Assembly (NCBI RefSeq): GCF_000372725.1
Contig: NW_005201392.1
Location: 190,521-254,520 of the forward strand
Reading direction: 5' to 3'
Source of the DNA: Emiliania huxleyi CCMP1516
Taxonomy: Eukaryota
Length of the DNA stretch: 64,000 nt
The notes under the pieces are model-generated. The model had not been told where the DNA came from. It saw nothing but the letters and a program-made list of their open reading frames with translations, and searched no databases. Below are positions 11,090-24,452 of the stretch, piece by piece. The translations under genes were made by a program, and so were the position numbers. Every line of letters begins with the position of its first letter. The stretch's first letter is position 1.

Positions 11090-12470
11090 ACCCACGGGGC
11101 GAGTGGACTGCTTCAAGGCCGTCGGTACTTTCTTTGGCGACCCTGAGGCCCGCAAAAAGGAGCTCACCGCGCACCTCAGGAAGAAGCTCGCGCCGCTCGA
11201 CGTCATCGACATGATCGTCGACACTGACTGCGTCACAAACACCAACACCTCGCAGCTCCGCCTCAACCTCGTCCAACGGATTGCCTGCGCAAAGACCAAG
11301 TACATTGCCGGCATCACGCCGCCCAATGTCGCGTGCGACGCTCTCGAGTTTGCGCACAACCGCATCCGCAAGTCCTTTGAGAGCATTGCTCGCGCCGACG
11401 CCTCGCCCCAGGCGCTCCGCGACCTCGCGTGGCTCCAGGCGCAGCTTGCACGTCAAGAACAACCCGTCCCTCGGAGACAGCGCCGTCAACAACCGCGAAG
11501 CCGCGCGCTTCATCTCCGCCTCAACGCCTTTCGCCGGCAAGGCCCTCGATGTCCGTGTCGACGGCACGTACGCCACCGCCCTCTCCTCCGACACCCTCCA
11601 GGACGAGCTCCAGCGGAAGCTCGGCCTTTGGCTCTCCGCGGCGCTTCCCACCCTTCGGGTCGCGCTCGAGCGGGGCATGCCAGTCGATTTCTTCGGCGAC
11701 TACCTTCACAACAAGGCCCACCACCGGCGGCCCCACGAAGGCGTCCTCGCCGCCTGGGCGGACGCGACGCGCGCCCCGGCCAACGCGCCGGTCGTGCACG
11801 GTGACAAGGAGAAACCAGAGCTCACCCGGCAGTACAACGAGGGGTACAAGGTCGACCTCGCGGAACCCCACGCTGGCCCGGGAAGATGCGATGAGGTGAA
11901 TGAAGTCAAGCTCTGGACGCCCCTCCTCAAGACCTCCTCGGCGGGCGTTGGCAACGCCTCGAGTGGCGGCACGCCCGCCTCCGTTGGCCACTCCTACGCC
12001 TTCGGCAACACCGAAGAGAAGGCCCGCCGCCTAAACATGGGCTGCAAGGCGCGCGGGCAGCCCGGCCAACCCTTCGACCACAAGACCGGCCACGGCTACG
12101 TCAAGGCGCATCGCGGTTTCTACCACGACGCGATCTTTGTCAAGCGCAACAACTTCAACCTGCTGCTCCACGAGACGTTCGGCGGCGGCTTCTCGCCCAC
12201 CGCCGTTCTCAAGCTGCGCCGCCTCGCGCGCAAAGTCGCGCGCGGCAGCGTTGACCGCACAGCCTACTCGCCCAAGTACTCGCTCTCTTTTATGTCCCAC
12301 CATGCAGAGCGCATCTCTCTCTCTGTTGTGCGAGGCGTGAACCGCGCCATTCGCTCTCACCTGGCAACCCTGTCTGCACGTCTCGCGCGCGCGTGGACAG
12401 GGCTCCAGGCCCCAAATGACGTGTGAGTGTTAGAGTTGTTTGGTATTGCTAAAAATCTCGCAAACAAAAC
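11090..12470 (+). mobile_element. 5'-truncated CRE-like non-LTR retrotransposon (RT C-terminal region plus restriction-like endonuclease region), frameshifted
   Basis: AVGTFFG...LRLNLVQRI...YIAGITPP (post-RT region), AARFISASTPFAGKAL, DFFGD..H, KVD..E, LLHETFGG and ERISLSVVRGVNRAI resemble CRE C-terminal motifs. Two further copies occur in the window. Confidence 0.7.
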
Positions 12471-12766
12471 TAGGCGGCACGTATGCCTGCATGTGTGCCG
12501 TGGCGCGTGGGTACAAACAACTGTAGGGGCTAGGGGGGTAGGGGGTCTGCACAGATCTGCGGAGTCTACCCTACCCTACCCCCCAAATATACGGAACCCT
12601 GAAGAGCCCTTTGTGGAGCACCACTGAGGTTTGAACGTCTTGGGACTACCACTGCGTTTTCTTCTACTATACCAGAACTCCCGCCGCTCTCGCCGGCCGC
12701 AAACTGGCAAAGAGACCCGGCCCTGGAGCTGGCGAAACTTTCGCTACCGGCCCCTGATCGCGAGCC

Positions 12767-14236
12767 ATGTCTGGCTACCCCGACCGCACCACGCCCAAGT
12801 GGGTGGCGGCGGATTCGGCCGGCCGCAGCGCCACCCGCTGCATTCCGCTGGATGGCTGCGTCGAAGAACTCCGCTCCTCCCAGGTGCGCCGGCCGCCCCA
12901 CCCGCCCCGGCTTCCGTCCCGCGCATCCACGCTCGCTCCCCCGCGCCCCAGGACGAGGTGATGATGGGGATCGACGAGGCGGGCCGCGGACCGACGCTCG
13001 GCCCGATGGTGTACGGCTCCGCGTACTGCCGCGTGGCCGACCTGGACAAGCTCAAGGCGATGGGCTTCGCCGACTCGAAGACCCTCACCGAGGCCAAGCG
13101 CGAGGCGCTGTGGGCCGACCTGCGCGCCTCCGGCTTCCTCGGCTGGCGCATTCGCGTGCTGCACGCGCAGGAGATCGCGGCGGGGATGCTGCGGCGGCCG
13201 AGCCCGTACAACCTGAACGCGATGTCGCACGACGCGGCCATCGGGCTCGTGCGTGAGGTCATCGAGCTCGGCGTCAACCTCCGCCACCTGTACGTCGACA
13301 CGGTCGGCGACCCGGAGCACTACCAGGCGCCATGCACACCAGCATGCCCACGGCCATGCACACCACGGATGCTGCCACCGACCCTCTCCGCCCCCTCTCC
13401 CTGGCTGAGCCTGCTCACTTCCACCACCCCCTCCCCCAGCGCAAGCTCGAGGGAATCTTCCCGTCGCTCTCCATCACGGTGGCCAAAAAGGCTGACTCGA
13501 TCTTCCCGGTCGTCTCGGCGGCCTCGATCTGCGCAAAGGCGCCGCGCATCGCGATCCTCGCCCCACCCTCCACTCACCACTCACACAAAAGCACCGCCCC
13601 GCCCCCCCAAGGTCACGCACGGACAGTCAGAAGACAAGACACCGCTCAGCACTCACCAGGCGAATCATGGATGACCGAGGCGTCGCCCCCGGTCAGGTGC
13701 CGCGCGACGCGATCCTCGCCGGCTGGCGCTTCGAGCACCCGAGCTTGGGCGACGGCCACGAAGGGCGGCGGCGGCGGCGGCGCCAGGGCAGTGGACACGT
13801 CCAGGACGTGCCCCTAGGCGACGACTACTCGTGGGGGTGCGGCTATCCGGGCGACAAGGAGACGGTTCGGTGGATGAAGGCCAACCTGCACCCGCTCTTC
13901 GGCGAGCCCCCTCCTCCTGCACCCGCCCCCTTCTCCCCCCAAACCACCTCCTCCTCCTCCTCGCGAGCACCAACCATTCCCCTCTCCCCCTCAACCCCCC
14001 CCCCGCCCCCGCCCCCCGCCCTCCCTCGCGCCGGGCCTCGAGGACCACTCGCTCCCTCGGAACTGTCTCGGAACCGTCCCGTAAGCTGGCCGTCGGTCTG
14101 CCGGTTCTCTTGGGGGCCCGCCCTCGAGGTGCTGGAAAAGAACCCGGCCGCGCAGGGCGCCGTCCCGTTCCCTTGGCCGGACGACGAGGCGCCCGACCAG
14201 GGGGCGCAGCGCAGCGCGATGGAGCTCTTCCCCTAG
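12767..14236 (+). CDS. RNASEH2A: Ribonuclease H2 catalytic subunit A, multi-exon
   Basis: GIDEAGRGPTLGPMVYG, ADSKTL, YNLN, YVDTVG, KKADSIFPVVSAASICAK|VPRD, GCGYPGD, RFSW. Introns at 12884-12951, 13327-13439 (GC-AG), 13539-13696 (GC-AG) and probably two more. Confidence 0.95.
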
Positions 14237-14634
14237 ATGGAGCACCGCACAGCACGGGCTTCCAGGGGGGCACCCCCCCCCCCGCACCACCGTTACCCCC
14301 CCCCCCCCGGCGCGCGCTTTCGCGTTCGGTCGCCCGTGGCTTGCGCGCGATGCGCCGACTGCACCACACCGCCCCGTGCCCACCCACCGGTCGGCTGCTG
14401 CTCAGGAGCTCTTTCTCGGCAAGCGCAAGCGCGCGCCGGCGCGGCGGCACAAGCTCTACCACGACGCTGGGCTCGAGCCAGTGGCGGCGTGGTGAGCGGG
14501 ACCTGGCCACTCCGCTCCCCATCCCGAGGCGCGTCCGAAATGCGTCACCCCTCCCCCCCACGGCGACCCGATGAAGATAACTGGCGCCGGCGTAAGGGGG
14601 GAGACGGTGTTGGTCATCAAAAGAAGGGGAGGGG

Positions 14635-14742
14635 CTGGCGAGGTACTTCCAGCCTGCTGTGGGAACAGCTGACGCAGTCTCGCCGAGGCTCGGGTTGACT
14701 CGGCCAGACAAAAAACCCGGTTTGCTTGGGAGACCTCGCCAG
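14635..14742. mobile_element. 108-bp MITE, TIR CTGGCGAGGT/ACCTCGCCAG, 8-bp TSD GGGAGGGG
   Basis: TSD at 14627-14634 and 14743-14750. Both ends are homologous to the element at 35888-36446. Confidence 0.85.
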
Positions 14743-14810
14743 GGGAGGGGAGAGGAGAAATCAGTCGGGAAAATCTGCCGCCGTCCTGCAGGACTGCTGC
14801 AAGGCGCGAA

Positions 14811-17800
14811 ATGTCTGAGCTGCAGCAGGAGTTCGTTCGTGTCTGTGGGGAGGGCGCCTCCCCCCGGGTGGTCGAGGAGGGCTGGGCCGCGGTCCGAGGG
14901 CTTCTCGAGCAGAGGGACAAGCTGGCCAACCTGGCGAGCTGCGCGCAGGCGCAGACGGCGGGGGGGGGGCACACTCGGCAGCGCACAGCTCTTCATCCCG
15001 CGCCGTTCGGCCCCTCGCCGCACCCCTGCCGCCGCCGCGATGCGGCGCGCCCCGCCCCGCCGCCGAGCGGCCACCTTACACCGGGGCTGCCTCTTCCAGG
15101 CGCCCGCGTCGTTTGGCGCTCAGTTTGCGGCTGTCGCATACCTGACGGGCCTGCGGCTGGGCGAGCCGACACCCGTCGAGCGGCTGGTCCGGAATGCGGG
15201 GATCAGCGTCAAGGCTCGCGCGCGCCAACCGCCCTGCGCAGCTCCGCGGCTGCAGGCCACCAACCACCCCTGCTGTGCCGCAGGACTTTTTCGGCAGCGT
15301 AGAGGAGCAGCACCTGCGGCTGCACCCCGGCGAGCCGATTCCGGAGGCGCTGCGGCGGCTCAAGGAGCACTACATGGCCGCCACGGTCGCGTGGAAAAAG
15401 TACGACCAGCTCTTCGCCACCCTCTTCCCCTCTGGCTTTGTCGGCGCCGCCACCGCCGACCAAACGACGAGCGACGACTCAAAGCAGCTTGGCTGGTGCG
15501 CTTTCCTCGTCGCAAAGTGCCTCGTCTTCGGCGCCAGCGGCGGCGGGAACGTCCTCGACGTGTACCACCTCCTCGTCTGCGTCATCGAGCTGCTCCTGTC
15601 CCACCTCCCACTCGACGCCCGCGGCGGCGCAATCTGGCAGTCGCTCGGCGCCCTCGTGCCAAAGGAGCACTACCCGATGCCGGCGCCAGCGCGCGCCGCG
15701 CTGCACGCGGAGCTGAAGGCGGATCCGGACCGGATCTACAAGCTGGACTCGGCCGTCGCCAAGGTCTCGGCCGACCTGCGCGCCACCCTCGGGCTGCAGC
15801 AGGCTGCCGGCGGCCCGAGCAGCGCGCCCGGCCTGCTGCGCGACGCCGCCAGCCTGCGCAAGGCGCGCGAGGCAGTCGACGCGCGCTACGCCAAGCTCGT
15901 CGTCGAGACGAAGCAGCCGCTTGACGACCGCGCGCTCTCGAGCATCGCGTCGCTGCCGAGCGCGTCGGCTGCGGGCGGCGCGATGCCGCGCGGCGTCACA
16001 TCGCCTTGCCGCAGCAGCTCGGCGGCGTGCGCGCGGTCGGGCAACGCGGTGCTGATGACGCCGCTGCGCGACCCGAACCCGCCCTCGTCGCCCGCGCACA
16101 GCCACCTGATGGCGACGCCGATGTCGGGCCAGCTGGAGTGCGTCGGTTGGCTGCGCGCGGCCGTGCGCGGGGTCCCGGCGGAGGAGGCGTCTGAGGCGCT
16201 CGCCGGGTACTTTGCGCACTGCAGCGCCTCGCCCGCCGAGGCCATCGAGCAGCGGCTGGACGGGCTTTGCGACAAGCTGCGCGCGGCGGCGGGCGAGTAT
16301 GAGGCGGAGGAGATCGACGAGCAGTGCGTGCTCGGGCGCCGGCTCTACCACAAGATGCTGCTCGCCTTCCTCGAGTCGGAGGAGAGGCGGCTGCAGCACG
16401 GGCACTTTGTCGAGACGCTGCTGTCGCAGGGCATCTTCCACTCCTCACTCTTCGCCTGCTGCATGGAGTGCGTGTTCGCCTCCTACTGCATGCAGTCCTC
16501 GGTCTTCCCGCAGATCATGCACACCCTCGATCTCTCGCCCTTCGACCTGTACAAGGTGATCGACCCCTTCGTCAAGCACGAGCCCAGCCTGCCGCAGTAC
16601 CTGCGCGTCCACTTCCGCGAGGTGGAGGTCAAGATCCTCGAGCACATGGCGTGGGCGCTCGAGTCGCCGCTCCACGCGCAGCTGCGCGAGTACGACGCGC
16701 TGCTTGCGTCGCCGGAAGCGGCGGGCGGCGAGTCGCGCGCCGCCACCGCGCTGGAGCAGTTTCTGAAGAAGGTCAAGTATCTCGCGGCCAGCCGAGTGAA
16801 CGACCTGTGCCTCCGGCTGCTGCTGCGCAAGGAGCTGGTGGCGCAGATCTGGGAGTGCATCAAGGTGGTGGTGGAGGGGCCCGCGCGGCACCTGATGAGG
16901 GGCCGCCACCTCGACCAAATCATCATGTGCACCATCTACGGTGTGTGCAAGGTCAACAAGCGGCAGGAGGAGGCGCCAAAGACGTTCCGAGACATCATCG
17001 AGCAGTACAAGCGGCAGGACAAGGCGGCGGCCAAGGTGTTCCGCGAGGTGCGCATGGGTGACGCTGGGGAGCCGCCGCAAGACATCATCGCCTTCTACAA
17101 CAAGATCTTCATCCCGGCGATGAAGGCGCGCCCGCGCCGCCGCCCGCCCCCCCCCCCCCCCCCCGCCGTTTCCGCTGCGCAGTCGTTGGCCGCTTCCCTG
17201 CCCTCCTCTCCCTCGCCCCGACAGCGTCCCTCCGTTGCCGAAGGACCACCTGCTGCGCATCCTCGACGCGTCGCGCAAGCAGCAGCGCTCGCCCTGCTCC
17301 ACGCTCCAGTCCACTGCCGAGTCCGAGATCCGGCCGCCGAGCGGCGTGCTCGCGTCGCCACAGCGCGTCCTTGGCGACAGAGACGTCTTCGTGTCGCACC
17401 CGCGCACGCCAGTGGCGGCGATGACGCCACGGACGCGCACGCTCTACGCGTTTGGCGACTCGCCGTCCGGTGCAACCCTGCCGCTGCCGCTGCCCCCCGC
17501 TTCCCTCGCGACGCCTCCCTCGTAGCCGCCGCACGTGATGTGCATCGGACCACCCCCGCCCCACCCCCGGGATGCCTGTAGGGGGCCTCTTGCGCATCAA
17601 CCACCAGCTCGCCTCCCAGCCGAGAGACGGGTCCGACGCCGCGAACGCGCTGAGGGCCTTGTCGACCACGCCGTCGCACGGCGCCGCCAGCGCCGCGATG
17701 CCAGCCCCTGCGGCGGTGCCGGCGCCGGTCGAGCGCAAGCGGAGCCACGAGGGCGGGATGTCGAAAAAGCAGCTCCAGCGGCGGCTCGCCGACGACGGCG

Positions 17801-17850
17801 CGGCGATCCCTGTCGACCGCTCATCGAGCCATGGCTCCTCCTCAGGGTGA
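14811..17850 (+). CDS. RBR: Retinoblastoma-related protein; exons 14811-14948, 15100-15213, 15284-17125, 17244-17469, 17582-17850
   Basis: Pocket A (LYHKMLLAFLESEE, FHSSLFACCMECV, FDLYKVIDPF, EVKILEHMAW) and pocket B (RHLDQIIMCTIYGVCKV, DIIAFYNKIFIP), plus many SP/TP CDK sites. Splice phases are consistent; 3 of 4 donors are GC. Confidence 0.93.
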
Positions 17851-18091
17851 CGAGACGCGGTGTTGGGCCGAGGGCGGAGGCCCTCGAGTGGTGGAGGCCC
17901 TCCTCCTGAGGCCCTCGCTAGCCTGCGCACGGGCCACGGCCAGGACCCACAACGCACAAGAACGGCATGTGTTCAAACTCACAATGTGCGTTGACTGTGT
18001 TATATGTGGGGCAGCACACAGGTCTCCGGCTGATCTTGTGTTCGCGTACGTACACCATTTTTTGAGCCGTTCGTTCTTAACGTCTCTATAG

Positions 18092-21000
18092 TAGGGGTCG
18101 GGACAGGTCGCCAGAAAAATAAATTCGAGCGCCCCAAAAACAAATAAATTCCAGGTCCCTAAAAATCCTCAAATCCAGCCTCGCTTCGACTTCGATGGCC
18201 TCCGACTCTCCGTCGCATGCGCGACCCGGCCGGGCTGGTCCGCTAGCCGCCCGGCCGATCTGCTGCGCTTTCAGGCGAGGTTTGGGGCACCACCGCGCCC
18301 TATGGCAGCGCTCCGGGGCCTCCGTTTTGCGCGGGAAAGGTGATCCGTGGCAGTTGGCGAGCTTTTCACTGGCTGCTGCAGCCCCTCCTCCTGATGCTTG
18401 GAGCGGCCCCTACCCAGCCCTACCCAGCGGAACCGACGCAGCCAGCAGGGGTGAAATTCTCAAAAAGGTGCAGCACTTCTAGCCGACATCGACAAAAGTC
18501 CCTCTCTAGCCCCGCGGCGAGCGGCCCCGCCGGAGGCGAAGAAAATTTCGCCATCTAGCGCTCGCAACACATAGATTTGTGCATAAATCAACACCTCCAA
18601 TCTTCGGGGGAGTGACGGATAAAGGCGTGCGAAAGAGCTAATGAATCCGAAAGCAGCGAATCCAAGTGATGGCCCGCCGCAGGCGAAGAAAATTTAGGGT
18701 TGGGGTTCCCCTATGCCAAAGAACTCTTATTAGAGGATTTCGGCGGCCGGCGCGCCGAGGCACAGCGGTTCGCGCTGCCTGCTCGCGCTGGTTACACCGT
18801 TGCTGTGGCCGTCTTCGTCCGTATTGTACACCGAGCTGGCGCCACAGCAGAGTACAACAACGGCTCGGACTAGCTGCTCCACGGTACTACATCATCAGAG
18901 GGCCCGGCAAGGTCCACGGCGGAGCTGGCGGTGGTGGGAGTGGTGGTAGGAACGAAGGCGCACCTGTCGGCGATTCACCGCCGTTCGTTCCCGTCTCTCA
19001 AAGCTGGTTACACCGTCGATGCGCACATCGAGGCGCTCGTGGACGAGAGAGACGTCGCCTCCTCTTTCGTCCCGGGGCACTGTTCACGCCGGAAGGCCCC
19101 GTACACTGCCAAGTACATTAGCCTTCATCTCTCCTACCGCCGGCCGGGAGTGCAGCCGCCACCAGTGAGATTGTCCTCGACGTTGGCACCTGCGAAGTAA
19201 TGAACAACAGGCAGTGCGTCATATGGCGCTATGATAGCCCTGCGGTGGACGTCCTCGACGCAGACGAGGCGGAGCTCATCTGCGCGGCGCAGATCGCCGA
19301 CTGTCTCTCCCTCCCTGCGCGAGTGGTTGCACCACCCTGGATGAGGCATCTGGGCTGGGGCAGGGCCGTTAGTAGAGGAGGGCGACTGAGGGCGCGAGGC
19401 CGCCAATCGTCAAAGTCTGCTGCGACTGACTGTCGGTCACTGACTGAGCAATGAGCAATCGCATCGGCGGTTTCACTCACGCTCACAATCGGGTTACATC
19501 CAGGTCTCTGTGCGGGATGTGCTGGGGGGCTGCCCCCCAGTCGATTGCCGCATAGTTCGTCGATGTAACCCTACCAGAAAGCTGTATTCACACCTACCCT
19601 TCCAAAAAAAGAAATGTCCCTGCTTTTGTCGAAGATCCGGCGGGTTTATCGGAGCATCACCCGCAGGTGTTTAGCGCCCCGCCCTTGGATCCACCCACAG
19701 TGCGGCCCACAGCCGCGTGCAGCCCTGCAAACTCACGCGCTCTGCGCCGCTCTGCGCAGGCGGGCCCGTCTGCCTGGGCAACAGCGAGCAGGTCGTCGCG
19801 AGTCTGCACTTCTTCGACTCCCTGTCCGACGAGCAGAAGCGGCTCTGGGAGAAGATGCAGTCGCCGGCCGCGCCGATGGCGGTCGAGCCCGAGGACAGCT
19901 CCATCTTTGCGGCCGCTCCCGCGCCACTCGCGCCGACGCCCGCTGGACCTTTCTACGCCCCGGGCAAGGCGGCGGCGACGGTGATCGAGGTGCAGGTCAT
20001 CGGCACACTCGTGCTGCTCTACTTCAGCTCGGACGTGCGCGCCGCGCAGCAGTGGGTGCTCAACGCGGAGAGCGACGCCGACCGAGTTGGCCGCTGCGGC
20101 CTCGACGGCCAGGTGTGGGCGCCGCCTTCCTCCTCTCCGACCTGGGCGACGCACGGCCCCGTTCTTAAGCCCCTCGACACCGCGCTGTCGGTCCGGATCG
20201 GCGGCGGCGAGGTCGAGACCGCCGCCGCCGTGGTGAGCACGTGGAGCGGCTCCGTCGGCGTCGTCACGCCAGCTCAAGTTGACGCTTACGTCGTCGCGCT
20301 GCGCCAGTCCAAGTCCAAGCGCAGGATCGCCGGGCCCGTGCGCGACATGAAAGGCAACGCGTCGCCGCGGCATGTGGCCGCGATCCCGGCGGTGGCGGCG
20401 CTGCTGCGCGTGAGCGGCCGAGTTCTTCGAGATCGTGTGGCCGTCCTCGCCACTGAGCCAACGTTCGAGCCGAAGTGCTCCAAGGCGGACCTGCACGAGC
20501 GTCTCGAGGCGGCGGAGCAGCAGAACACGGTGCTGCAGCAGAAGCTCACGCACGCGAACCAGCTCAAGTCGCAGGCGCAGCTGCTCGCCAAGGAGAAGGG
20601 CAAGATGCGCATCGCCGACACGGTCGCCGCGCAGGTCAGCAAGGTCCGCTCTCGCCTCGAGAGCGAGTACGACGACAAGCTGCTGCGCGAGAAGGCGCGC
20701 GCGCAGGGCGAGCTCGAGCGGGCGACCGCGGCGATGGAGAAGAAGCTGGTGCAGGCGAAGCGGCTGAAGACGGACGCGCACGCGGAGAAGCGGGGCGAGC
20801 GGGCCAGGGCGGAGGCGCAGAGCGAGCTCGCCGACACGCGGCTGGGCAAGTTGAAGGCGCTCAAGGATAAGCTGGCCGCGACGGAGGCGGAGTGCGAGGA
20901 GCTCAAGGCGCAGCCCGGCGCCGACCCGACCGAGATGGAGACGCTCTACGAGTCCCAGGGCAAGGTGCTCGCTATGGACGTGTGGGAGAGGGAGGCGCGC

Positions 21001-24000
21001 GGCGCGGGCGGCGGCAAGGGCGCCAAGAAGTTCGGCTTCCTCTGGCGCACTACCGCTATGGCGATGATGTCCAACATGACGCCGCAGTCCGCCGTGGTCC
21101 CGAACGTGCGCTGCGTCCTTCGCGCCGTCGCGCCGTGGCTCAACATCGACGAGCCGTCGTCACGCGCGCTGACTGAGTGGCGGTTCGAGTTGCGCTTCAT
21201 CGAGGAGGCGCTCGCCTTCATGGAGGTCGCCGGCGCGTACAGCATCCGCATGCTGGGCTTCGACGGTACGACCAAGTTCGGGAAGCCCATGATGACTTCG
21301 AACGTCGTCATCGAGCCCAAGAAGGGCGCCCCCCTCAAGGCGGTGATCCTGCGCGCCTCCTACCTCTCCCCGGACGGCACCGCCGCGGGCGAGGCCAAGA
21401 CGATCGAGACGAAGTGCTTTGCCCGCGGGCGCGACTTTATCAACCGGTTGATGCGGCGCTGGCGGTTGATGCACCCGGGGGTGCCGTGGCCCGGACCTGA
21501 GGCTGCCGCTCTCTCCTTGGCGCGGCTCGCAGGCGGCGGCGCGCTCATGTCGGACACGTGCGCCACGGCCGAGAAGACCAAGCGGCTGCTCTCCGAGATG
21601 ATCAAGGAGCAGGCGACGGAGATGGCGCGCGAGAAGATGGGCGACGCCTGGGACGGCCTCTCGGACGAGGAGAAGGAGCACGAGCTGCGCGTCCACCTGC
21701 TCGACTGCCACCAGCACATGCGGAACATCTTCCTGAAGGAGATGTCCGCCGCGCAGGCGCGGCACGTCGCGGAGGAGCTCAAGCCGCACTTGGACAACTT
21801 CAGCGCGTGGGAGCGGATGTCGACCGACTTCACGCAGCTGCTGCGCGCGACGTACAAGGAGCTGCACCACACGCAGCGCTACTACAAGGGCAAGGGCGTC
21901 GAGTTCTCGGCGTGGCTACTCGCGAACTACCCCTCCGCGTTTGCGATCCACTTCGAGCGCGCCGATGGCGGCCGCCAGGTGACGCGCCCACCGGATTGCG
22001 GCGTGTCTGATCTCCCCGCAATCTCCCCGCAATCAGCCGCGTCTCGCCCCGCAGGACCTCGACTACGACGCGGCCATCGCGATGTACGTCAACCGCAAGT
22101 ACATCGTCGAGTTCCTCGCCATGCTCGTCTTCTCGAACGACCACTCGAACGTCCTCGAGGACTTTCTGTACGTCTGCTTTACCGCGAACGAGTACATCGC
22201 CATGACGCGCGCGAACGCTGTCATCGACCTGCTGATCTCGCGTCCGTACCGCTGGCTCGCTGGCAACACGTTCGACACGTCAAAGCTTACGAACTGGTCC
22301 CCCTTGAGCATGAACCGCGCGCTCGACTGCGTGTACACCATCCTGGAGCGGGCGGCGGCCGACGGCAGCGTGCTGCTCGACTCGTCGCTCGACGTCTACG
22401 CCCCGATCACCGCGGAGCAGCGCGGGTTTGCCGAGTGGCGCAGCTACACGTACGAGGAGGAGACGGTGCTCGCCCCCGACGGCAAGACGCCGCTCCTGCT
22501 CTACAAGCTGGCGCTCGGCGAGCTCCTCAATCCGACCGACCCGACCAACATCGCCTCGCGCGCCAAGACGGTGGAGTACATCGAGGTGCAGGCGGCCGGC
22601 GGCCTGCTCAAGATTCGCGACACGAAGCTCGCGCTGGCCAAGCACGTGGCGGCGCTCGACGGCGCCTACGCGTACGAGGCGATGGAGCAGGCGCACGTTG
22701 ACACGATTGGCCTCGACGCGACCAACGACCGGCTGGCCGAGTCCGTCTTTGGCCGCGTCGACATGATCATGCGGCGCTACCCGGGCATCACCGTCGAGGC
22801 TGCTTCCGCCTTGGCGCAGGCGCTGTCGACGAAATCGTTCGAGTCCGACGGCGCCTTCTGGCAGTTGAGCCGCGAGATGCAGGAGGTGCTCCTCGAGGAG
22901 GCTCGGCTCTCGGTGCGCTCGGAGCGCGCCGTCGACCGGGCGCACCACAAGGCGCCGCTCTATCCTTCACCAGTAGCAGCCCGCCGGCGGGTAAGAGAGC
23001 GCGCTCCCTCCCTCCCTCGCCGCAGGAGCATGACGACTACGTCGCCCACAAGCGCAAGACCAACTCCCAGCTCGAGCTGGACGCGCTCGTCAGGCGCTAC
23101 GGCCTCGCGCTCTCCTTCTTCCAGCGCTGGCAGACGCGCGGCGTGAGCTCCATCCGCGAGATGACGGTCCAGCTCGCCAAGATCGCGGACAACCAGGACA
23201 AGCTCGATTGGCTCCGCGAGCAGTGCGAGATGCGGGTCATCGGCCTGAGCTTCAACTACAGGCTGCAGTGGGGCTCGAGCAAGGACGAGGACATCGGCAC
23301 CGTCGAGGACCTGACCGGCCACCTCAAGGAGATCCTCGAGGAGGAGCAGGAGCGGCGGGGCGCGTGCGAGCTGCCGGACCGCTGCCCCATCCCGACCGTG
23401 CGGCGCAAGACGTTCAAGGAGCTGGGCACGCCGACCGTCCAGGCGAAGGAGATTGCGAGCCGGGTCCAGGAGTACGGGGCGGAGGAGCTGCTGGAGCGGG
23501 CGGAGCGCGAGCGCGTGCGGCTCGAGGAGGCGGGCGAGATTGACCGCGTGGCGGACGGGCAACCCGACGACGCGCCGCCCTGCGACGACTCGCTCGTGTG
23601 GGCAGAGCTGGAGATCTGCTGGCGCTACTGGGTGCCTTACACCGACGCGAGCGGCAGGCAGCGCCGGAAGGGGGCGAAGATGTGGTGCCTCGGCACCGTT
23701 GTGCAGGTGTGTCGTCGCCCGACCAGCCGCCTCCCCATGCCACTCGTCCACCTCGCACACACTCATGCCACATGATGCTCACTGCGCCACACTCGCCCCA
23801 ATCGCGCAGATCGCCAACGGCACGACCGACAAGCAGGAGCCCGACAAGCCGAGGTGCAAGAAGCTCGCCAAGGCCGGCGCGGCGCGCATCCGTTGGCCGG
23901 CAGACGCCGAGCGCGACGAGCCCGAGTCGTGGTCATGGGAGATCCTGACCGAGGCCAACTTCAACGACGACGTGCACATCGGCTGGAGGCTGTCGGAGGG

Positions 24001-24269
24001 CGAGCTGCAGAGGCGCGCCGGTGCGCGCAAGGGGCGCGCGGCCATGTAGTGGCCCTCTAGAGGCCCGCGATCGCGGTAGAGCGCGCGTCCGCACAGCGCA
24101 GCAGCCGGAAAGTTGCACAATGTGTGTGTCCGTTGTGGGTGTCCCTGTGGTCGCCAGGCTGTCGCCATTGGCTTGTGTGACTGCCCGTGGCAAGTGCTTT
24201 GCGCGGGTGTACGAAATTAAGCCCGACGGCTTACCGCTAAAATCGCGGATTTTCCCCTCCCGACCCCTA
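18092..24269 (+). mobile_element. About 6.18-kb autonomous-type hAT-like DNA transposon
   Basis: 12-bp TIR TAGGGGTCGGGA (18092-18103) / TCCCGACCCCTA (24258-24269). TCTATAG is duplicated at 18085-18091 and 24270-24276. Contains a transposase gene. Confidence 0.85.
19760..24049 (+). CDS. DDE transposase (hAT-like) with N-terminal coiled coil; introns 21979-22054, 22952-23025 (GC-AG), 23707-23809; 5' exon(s) uncertain
   Basis: Candidate catalytic motifs LGFDGTTK, LMSDTCATA, CHQH (CxxH) and ATNDRLAESVFG. The three introns join the ORF pieces in frame without stops. Confidence 0.75.
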
Positions 24270-24452
24270 TCTATAGTCGCGTAGATCGCGTTTTTCGCGG
24301 CCGAACGAACGCGGCGCGCGGCTGCGTGCATCGCGTTCGCGACGCGCCCGGACCCCGGACCGCTTCTCGGCCCAGGGTGGTGCGGGGAGGCGCCCCGCCC
24401 CCCGCGGCCGCGAGACTGGCCGGGGACCGGGTGACCTCGACGTCCTCATCGC

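Noticed and set aside
12767..17850. RNase H2 subunit adjacent to RB, recalling human RB1-RNASEH2B linkage
   Set aside because: This is a different subunit (A, not B) and there is no evidence of conserved synteny; likely coincidence.
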